Of a stretch of 64,000 nucleotides of DNA, positions 58,054-64,000 are shown one piece after another. Each line of letters begins with the position of its first letter. Position 1 is the first letter of the stretch. Source of the stretch: Abditibacterium sp. Its GTDB lineage: Bacteria; Armatimonadota; Abditibacteriia; Abditibacteriales; Abditibacteriaceae. The stretch lies in contig CBDASK010000003.1 in NCBI GenBank assembly GCA_965199495.1, positions 1,152,001-1,216,000 of the forward strand. The letters are read 5' to 3'. The notes under the pieces were generated by a model. That model ran no database searches. It was not told the DNA's origin and saw only the letters and a program-made list of their open reading frames with translations. The translations under genes were made by a program, and so were the position numbers.

Positions 58054-60189
58054 TCAGCAACAAGCCACGGAAACCGGCAAAGTCGCGCGATCCGTCGCCG
58101 CCGAAGGCGAAGAGTGCATCCGGTGAGTCGTGCGCAGCGCCAGCGTCGCAGCATTCACGTCTTCAATTTGCGCCGTGACCGCTTTGGCCGATGTTGCCGT
58201 GCCATTGTTGCGTTTCCCCTTGGCGGGCCGATTGGCGTCGGGCGCCTCGAAGCGATAGGTAACGTGAACCATCGCCGTGCGTTGCTTGCCGCGCGGCGCA
58301 TTTGGATCAAACAGCGATTCGACTTCGATAGCCGCCACCAGCTCTTCCACGATGCGCCGTTTGGTTTCCCATGTTAGTTCACCATCACCCGTTGCATCCA
58401 ACTTGAGTCTCAAGCGGTCGAGCAATTCGCCCGCGCTATCCAAGGCGCCCTGCGAGTTGCGCGCGCGCTCCCACTCGCCCAACAACCGCTCGCGCTCTTT
58501 TTCCAGTGCGCTATGCTCGCCCGCGATTTCGGCGAGCTGAGTTTCGAGGTCGCCTTCGGTCATCGCGCCGCGCCGGAACAGGCGATAGAGCGTGGCGCGT
58601 TGCTGTTCATGCCCACTCACCAGTTGATCCAGACGGTCGAGTTCGCTCTTGGCCTTGTCCGGGTCGGCGCCACGCGAGAGCAGTTCGGCGCGCAATTGGT
58701 CGATCACCTCACCCGGCTCCTTGAGAAAGCCCGCGATGTCGCTCCACACCAACTGTTCCAACTCGAGGGCGCGAATGTGACCCGACGAGCAGCGTTTATC
58801 CAACTTGCCGTAGCTCTGGTGTGAGCCGTTCTTGCCGTTGCACAGATAATACTTTCGCAGCACCAAATCGCCCCGCACTTCGAGTCCGGCGCGTTCTTCG
58901 ACCGGCACGCGCTCGAGCTTGCGGCCTTCGCTCACCGTGCCCACGTAGGTCAGGCCGCAGTGGACACACTTGATCAGACCGCGCAGCAGGTATTTGCGTT
59001 TGACGATGTCGGGGCGGCACAGCCGGTTGCGCCGCAGCGTCTCCTGCGCCCGCGCCCACAATTCTGCGTCCACAATCGCCGGAACCGCGCGCTCGATGAG
59101 CACGGTCTCGGCTTGTGTGCTGCCCGCGGACCCCGCGGCTTTGCGCGAGCGGCGTTTGCCCCAGGTGTGGGTGCCCTTGTAGGTCGTCTCGACCAACATG
59201 TTGCGCACGCGCCCTGCCCGCCACACGCCACGCGTGGCCACCCTACGCTTGCCACGACCGGCTTTTGAGTTATCACCGTTGGCGTTTGAGTCGGTAACAC
59301 CACCCTGCCCTTCTGCGTCGTTCGTGTCAGTGTCGTGCACTTTTGCAGCGTGCACATCTGCGGCGGCGCCGTTGACCAAACTCGCCGATGGCGGCACTTT
59401 GCGGCCGTCGCGGGTGTAGGAAGTCGGCACCCCCCGCGCGTTCAAACGGTTGGCGATCTCGATACAGGAGACGCCCTCGTCGCCCGACCAGCGGTAAACC
59501 AGTTGCATCACCTCGACCTCGCTCAGGCCGGTGCGCGCATCAACTTCGGTCGAAAGCACAAGTCTGGCTTCGCGGTCTTTGCCCTCCACGCGGTAGCCAT
59601 AGGGCACGATGCCGCCAAGCCAGGTGCCCTCGCGGGCCAAACGGTGCGTGGCGTCTCGCGAGCGGCGCAGCGTGTTCTCGCGCTCCAGCTTGCCGATGGC
59701 ACTCTGAAAGGTGAACATCGCCCGCCCGATCGGGGTGTCCAGCTCGATGCTTTCGGCCACGCCGTAAACTCGCACGCCCAACTCGTCATGCAGCGTGCGC
59801 GCCGCCATCTCGTTGACCAAAACGTCCCGCCCGATGCGGTCGGACTTGTAAACCACCAGGGATTTGAACTGGCCCGCCCGCGCATCACGGAGCAACCGCG
59901 CGCCCGCCGGACGCGCTTCGAGGGGCAAGGTGCCGCTCACGCCGTCGTCGCAGTAGACCTCGCCCAGACGCCAGCCCCGGGCGCGGCACTCGGCTTCGAT
60001 GCACTCGATCTGGGTGCAGATGCTCTCTTTCTCGCGCTGCAAATCGGTCGAAACCCGCGCGTAGCCCACCACGGTTGGCGGGATGACGTTTTGCGGGATC
60101 ACCGTCTGCGTTGGGGCGAGAGTGTTGGCGATATTAGTCGCAGCAATAGTAGCGGAAGCGCCGTGCGTGGCGCGAATTTGTGAGTTCAT
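58054..60189 (-). CDS. Large serine recombinase (LSR2)
   Basis: Close paralog of LSR1 with all motifs intact; differs mainly in the N-terminus, one internal linker and the last residues. Confidence 0.95.
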   Translation of the reverse strand: MNSQIRATHGASATIAATNIANTLAPTQTVIPQNVIPPTVVGYARVSTDLQREKESICTQIECIEAECRARGWRLGEVYCDDGVSGTLPLEARPAGARLLRDARAGQFKSLVVYKSDRIGRDVLVNEMAARTLHDELGVRVYGVAESIELDTPIGRAMFTFQSAIGKLERENTLRRSRDATHRLAREGTWLGGIVPYGYRVEGKDREARLVLSTEVDARTGLSEVEVMQLVYRWSGDEGVSCIEIANRLNARGVPTSYTRDGRKVPPSASLVNGAAADVHAAKVHDTDTNDAEGQGGVTDSNANGDNSKAGRGKRRVATRGVWRAGRVRNMLVETTYKGTHTWGKRRSRKAAGSAGSTQAETVLIERAVPAIVDAELWARAQETLRRNRLCRPDIVKRKYLLRGLIKCVHCGLTYVGTVSEGRKLERVPVEERAGLEVRGDLVLRKYYLCNGKNGSHQSYGKLDKRCSSGHIRALELEQLVWSDIAGFLKEPGEVIDQLRAELLSRGADPDKAKSELDRLDQLVSGHEQQRATLYRLFRRGAMTEGDLETQLAEIAGEHSALEKERERLLGEWERARNSQGALDSAGELLDRLRLKLDATGDGELTWETKRRIVEELVAAIEVESLFDPNAPRGKQRTAMVHVTYRFEAPDANRPAKGKRNNGTATSAKAVTAQIEDVNAATLALRTTHRMHSSPSAATDRATLPVSVACC

Positions 60190-60280
60190 GGGAGCGGGAA
60201 ACCGCACGGAATTGTGATAAATTCGTGCGAGTATTTTTCCGACGCGCGGGAAAATTTTCTGGTTTCTGGCGCGAGTTACG
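60190..60280. promoter_or_regulatory. Conserved LSR leader (copy 2)
   Basis: Near-identical to 17538-17630. Confidence 0.6.
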
Positions 60281-60452
60281 GGAATTTAAGCACGCTTCAA
60301 AGCACCCGCTTGCCCAGCCCTTAACGTGTGAGAAAAGCGGGTGCCATGACTAAATTCATAATTTCCTAATATGTAAGATGGAGCTGATAGATTGTTGTGC
60401 TATTGCCGATTTGGGTTGGAGATGTCCCTTGCAGGATTTTCGGTTGTCCCCC

Positions 60453-60779
60453 TTACAATGAGTCGTCGGTTGGCGATGAGTCAATGAGCGGTGGATCAAC
60501 GAACGATGGATCAGTGGCCAGCAGGCGCAAGGCCTTAAGCTGGTTCCGCTCGTCGGGCGCGTAAGTTCGCACCAGACGCAATGCTCCACCGGCAGGCGGA
60601 TTTTGGCCGACCGGTTCTTCCGACGTGCCGTTTTTCAAGACGCCCGTCTTAGCGCGCGACGGGGCTTCCGTTGCGTTCTCGATATCACCGGGGGCGCGCG
60701 ATACTTCCGGGGCCACAGGAACCGCTTCCTGACGAGAAGAAAGACGCGAAGAAAAAGGCAAAGAGTGGCTGTGTGTCAT
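60453..60779 (-). CDS. Small conserved ORF upstream of LSR2 (candidate directionality factor)
   Basis: LRLVRTYAPDERNQLKALRLL motif shared with 18513-18806. Confidence 0.6.
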   Translation of the reverse strand: MTHSHSLPFSSRLSSRQEAVPVAPEVSRAPGDIENATEAPSRAKTGVLKNGTSEEPVGQNPPAGGALRLVRTYAPDERNQLKALRLLATDPSFVDPPLIDSSPTDDSL

Positions 60780-60994
60780 AGCAGTTGAAATTTACGAAGC
60801 GCGTTTGCTGTGAGCGAGCGTTCTCTGCGCAAAGTCGGGCAAGTAGAAGATGAAGGTTTTTCGACCTTCGGTTTTCCCGTCGACAATCTTTAGCGGCAAG
60901 TTCCAAAGGTAGTTCCTTTTTCGGATTCCTTTTTCATTTATTTTCTCCGTCCATTTCTCATTCCGTGCTTTTCGCCAGTAGCGGGGCCAGTAGC

Positions 60995-61051
60995 GGGGGC
61001 AGCCCCACCACCCCCACCCCTAAAAGGGGTGGGGGTGGTGGGGCTGCCCCC
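60995..61051. repeat. Perfect 27-bp GC-rich inverted repeat with a 3-nt loop
   Basis: GGGGGCAGCCCCACCACCCCCACCCCT-AAA-AGGGGTGGGGGTGGTGGGGCTGCCCCC. Confidence 0.9.
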
Positions 61052-61851
61052 CTTAGGCTGAAAACGGCGATAAAAAAGGGCACCAAAATCTGCCTCGCAC
61101 TCTCCTCGCGTTCTTCTCGCGTTGAGGTTGGATTGATCGCCTCGACCGCCTCTGAGGTGTAATTTCAACGTGGTATTTTGGAAAGAGGAGGATTGGCAGC
61201 CGTTCTTTGGAGCGAATTTTCACGAGACTTTTCTCGACAGAACTTTTCGAGGACGCTGGCAAGCGGATCTATATTAACATGGTTTGGCTCGCCGCTTTTT
61301 TCCAACAACGATCCCAACGTGAAGGTTCTCGCGCGAAGGTTCCACCGGTTTGCGCGAAAGTCCGGATGCTCAGATTTGGCCGACTAATATGTCAAAAAAC
61401 ATTTCGTCAAATGTTAACACTTTGTATCAAAAAGAACCATAGTGGAGATCGGCATGGCACGATTTTCCGTTCGTTTATACGCCCCCTTATATAGAGGGCG
61501 GCATTGCCGAGACGATCTTTCGGTGCGCGCCGCGATTATCGTGGCAAGTTGCGATGAAGCGGTCGTCACGATCGAACGGGTAAAGTTCGTTGAACACTTC
61601 AGTTGTCGAGATTTAGCGGTCGATGTTTTTTAAGAATGCCGCGAATTACAATTGGCAAGAGCCGATTAACGAGATGTATGCAAAGGTCGGCGCGATGTTC
61701 TGAAAACCACGGAAACAGACATGTGAAAACCGATCTTTGGATGCGCCCGTTGAGTTCGCTCGCGTTGAACCACTCTTTAGGATCAAGAACGCGCGATGAT
61801 GGTCTCACTTTGGTGGCCTGATTTATGTGCGCGATGACAACGATGACAACT

Positions 61852-62925
61852 CTACCGGCGTGACTTACGTGCATCAGCAGTTTTTAGACGCAATGCTTTT
61901 CTGCGCTCGCGAATGAAAAACGTGCGTGTTTCTGGATCCGGAAACTGTTGCTTCAAGCGCTGTAAAACGCTCGACAAATGCACATGGCCCTCCCACGATG
62001 CGTTTTTGAATGCGCTGTGTTTCACGCCCGCCCTTTTGAGGGCGTCCCGGTAAGAAGGAAAGGATATCTCCGCCGGATCTTTTCCGAAACAACTGTCGCT
62101 GGGGCCAGTGAAAATTGCGTGAGCGTCGGTTATAATGAGGTTAATCAAAACGCCTTTTTCTTGAAACGCGACCACAGCCCCGCTTTCGAGTAGCGCGATG
62201 GCGTCGCGAGCCTGGGGCGCGCCGTCGCCATCCGCCCCCCAACCCAAATCGAACCAAACCAACTCGGTGGAAAAGTCATAGATGAAATGCAGATAGAGTT
62301 TGCCCAGCCGCTCCGGCGCGGCAATCGGGTAAAATGATTGAAAGACAAGTTGCCCCGGTTTTACACGCTGGCGAGACTGCTGATATTTCCGCAACTCTTT
62401 GAGTTTGCCGCGCCGATTCGGAAGTTTTTCGAGTTGCAATCGCGATCCGATGTCCGCCCAATTTGGGCACGCGCCCGTCTGTTCCATGTCCAACACGCGA
62501 CGAATAGTTGTGGCGCCACGAACGATGCCCTCGCGTTCCAAACGCTTTTTCAATTGCGCGCAACTGTCGTCAGGAAAATCTTCCGCCATTGTAAGGATGC
62601 GTTCGCGTTCGACCGGAGAAAGGTTGTGCGGGTGCGCGCGCGCCCGTTTTGAAAGGCTTTGAAGCCCGCCAATTGGATCTTCATAGCGGCGGGCGCGCCA
62701 TTTATAAAACTGGGAGCGCGTCACCCCCGCCTTTTCGCACGCCTCGCGAACGCTTGCTTTTTCGCCAATCAGAAGCTCGACCTTCTCCAATAACTCCTGG
62801 CGTCTCGCGACCGATAATTCTTGGCGTTTCGCGACCAATAATTTCTGGCGTTTTGCGGCCTCTTTCAAGTCTTTTTTTTCTACTTTTTTTCCGGGCCAAA
62901 ACCGTGAAGGCTTTCGTTTTATCAT
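61852..62925 (-). CDS. IS481-like transposase-derived HTH protein (copy 2)
   Basis: SVREACEKAGVTRSQFYKWR; LYLHFIYDFSTELVWFDL; three 24-bp repeats at 62791-62862. Confidence 0.7.
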   Translation of the reverse strand: MIKRKPSRFWPGKKVEKKDLKEAAKRQKLLVAKRQELSVARRQELLEKVELLIGEKASVREACEKAGVTRSQFYKWRARRYEDPIGGLQSLSKRARAHPHNLSPVERERILTMAEDFPDDSCAQLKKRLEREGIVRGATTIRRVLDMEQTGACPNWADIGSRLQLEKLPNRRGKLKELRKYQQSRQRVKPGQLVFQSFYPIAAPERLGKLYLHFIYDFSTELVWFDLGWGADGDGAPQARDAIALLESGAVVAFQEKGVLINLIITDAHAIFTGPSDSCFGKDPAEISFPSYRDALKRAGVKHSAFKNASWEGHVHLSSVLQRLKQQFPDPETRTFFIRERRKALRLKTADARKSRR

Positions 62926-63050
62926 GTTTTTCTAAAAATCGATGGCGACAGTGGAGACGATTTCCCGATCAATTTTACTCGATTTCACGCTTGTGTCCTC
63001 GATCATGCGGATAGCGTTTTTGCCAGCGTTCGCGCTTCGTATTTGTCAGT

Positions 63051-64000
63051 GTGAAACATAATAATCTGCATACCCCCCATGCGGGGATTTCTGGCGCTAT
63101 TGCAGCGCCCAAAACGGCCTCGAAAACGGCCCCAGTGAACGGACAAACGGCCAACGACATTCCCGCAGATCTCAAATTCGCTGAAATCTTCGGGCTGGCT
63201 CGACAAGCCGTTCTGAAAGCGAAAAGCTATGCCAAATGGAGGGCGGAAACCAAAGCCGGCATTAAGGTCATCAAAACGATCGAAGAAGCAACGCCAGGAA
63301 TCGGCCCGAAGAACCGCGCGATCCCAACTTACGGTGCGATGGTCGATTTGGCCAGTAATACATACCTGCGCTCCGAAATTAGTCGGATACAGATGCTCGA
63401 AGCGGACGCAGACGCGATGCAAGAAATCGCCGCAGCCGCGGTTAAAACGCTCGTTTCATACTTTCGCGAGATCAAAGCAAACGGCCAGAGCGTGAAAGAA
63501 TCGCGGGAAGGGGAAGAAGTCACGGCGATCATTGCAGCCCTGCGCAAACAGTTCTGTTGTAGTATCGAGCGCGCGATTAGGGAGGCGGAAGCGGAGTTGC
63601 GTGATTTGCGCCAGCTGCTGGTTTGTATTGCCGCTTGTCCAAATGACGACGAGCGCGAGGCGATGCGCGAGACGGCTGTGCGAAAGTTTTTGGTGACCAT
63701 AAGCCGCGCGAAGTCGGAAGCAGATGCCGCTCTCGGCGATTTTGAAGCGGCGCGAAACAGTGCCGCTGGCATGGTTAAAATTGCGCAATTACACGCGGTT
63801 TCTGCCGTTGAAGAGCTTCCTGCTTTGCCCACAGGGTATTATACACCCAAAGATTTAGCGCGTTATCTCGGAACAGGGGAAAACAACATCCGTGGTCGTC
63901 TTAGCGAAATAGTTAAAAACGGGCGGCTATCAAAAGGCGATTTGAAGTGCGGAGGGCGCTGGGAAATTGATAATTCAATCGTCAATCGGGTCTACAAAAT
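63051..64000 (+). CDS. Partial CDS: helical protein with an HTH_17/excisionase-like domain near the window edge
   Basis: Not in the ORF track. Open from GTG 63051 to the edge: MKHNNLHTPHAGISG..GYYTPKDLARYLGTGENNIRGRL..GGRWEI. Confidence 0.7.
   Translation, partial: MKHNNLHTPHAGISGAIAAPKTASKTAPVNGQTANDIPADLKFAEIFGLARQAVLKAKSYAKWRAETKAGIKVIKTIEEATPGIGPKNRAIPTYGAMVDLASNTYLRSEISRIQMLEADADAMQEIAAAAVKTLVSYFREIKANGQSVKESREGEEVTAIIAALRKQFCCSIERAIREAEAELRDLRQLLVCIAACPNDDEREAMRETAVRKFLVTISRAKSEADAALGDFEAARNSAAGMVKIAQLHAVSAVEELPALPTGYYTPKDLARYLGTGENNIRGRLSEIVKNGRLSKGDLKCGGRWEIDNSIVNRVYK

Larger units (their letters stand above)
44996..64000. mobile_element. Integrative element B (partial, extends beyond the window)
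   Basis: Same att-proximal two-gene module, plus LSR2, leader, small ORF and IS481-like gene. Confidence 0.65.

Noticed and set aside
61599..61874. Possible ATPase remnant (VIVVIAHINQ)
   Set aside because: A single weak motif is insufficient

Overview
This 64 kb bacterial window is almost entirely accessory DNA. It reads as a tandem array of related integrative elements inserted at the conserved CPCG codons of comM/yifB (Mg-chelatase-like AAA+ ATPase). No intact comM is present. There are two intact-frame comM 3' halves (13794-14291, 44495-44995), each starting at the same 21-bp junction, and a third, decayed copy (6146-6290). Element A (~14292-44995) and element B (44996->64000) share a backbone: large serine recombinase (LSR), a small upstream ORF, an IS481-derived HTH protein, and an att-proximal ADP-ribosyltransferase-like gene with a small partner. 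Element A adds a DUF3854 primase-helicase with iteron arrays, a degenerate RecA paralog, a DISARM-related operon (PLD, SNF2, HEPN-fused N6-methyltransferase, DUF1998 helicase) and a GNAT-PIN-PUA gene with an ASCH partner. Element B carries a ~12 kb stress/oxidoreductase block flanked by copies of the LSR 3' tail. Left of the array (1-13732) are three different STAND (Avs/NLR-like) NTPases: Cap4-like nuclease-fused, HNH-fused, and a short effector-less one with an amyloid-like N-terminus. A decayed IS5 sits in a stop codon there. A DUF1559 prepilin-like gene hints at an Abditibacteriota/Armatimonadota/Planctomycetota-type host (inference only). All family assignments come from reading motifs by eye; no database searches were run.
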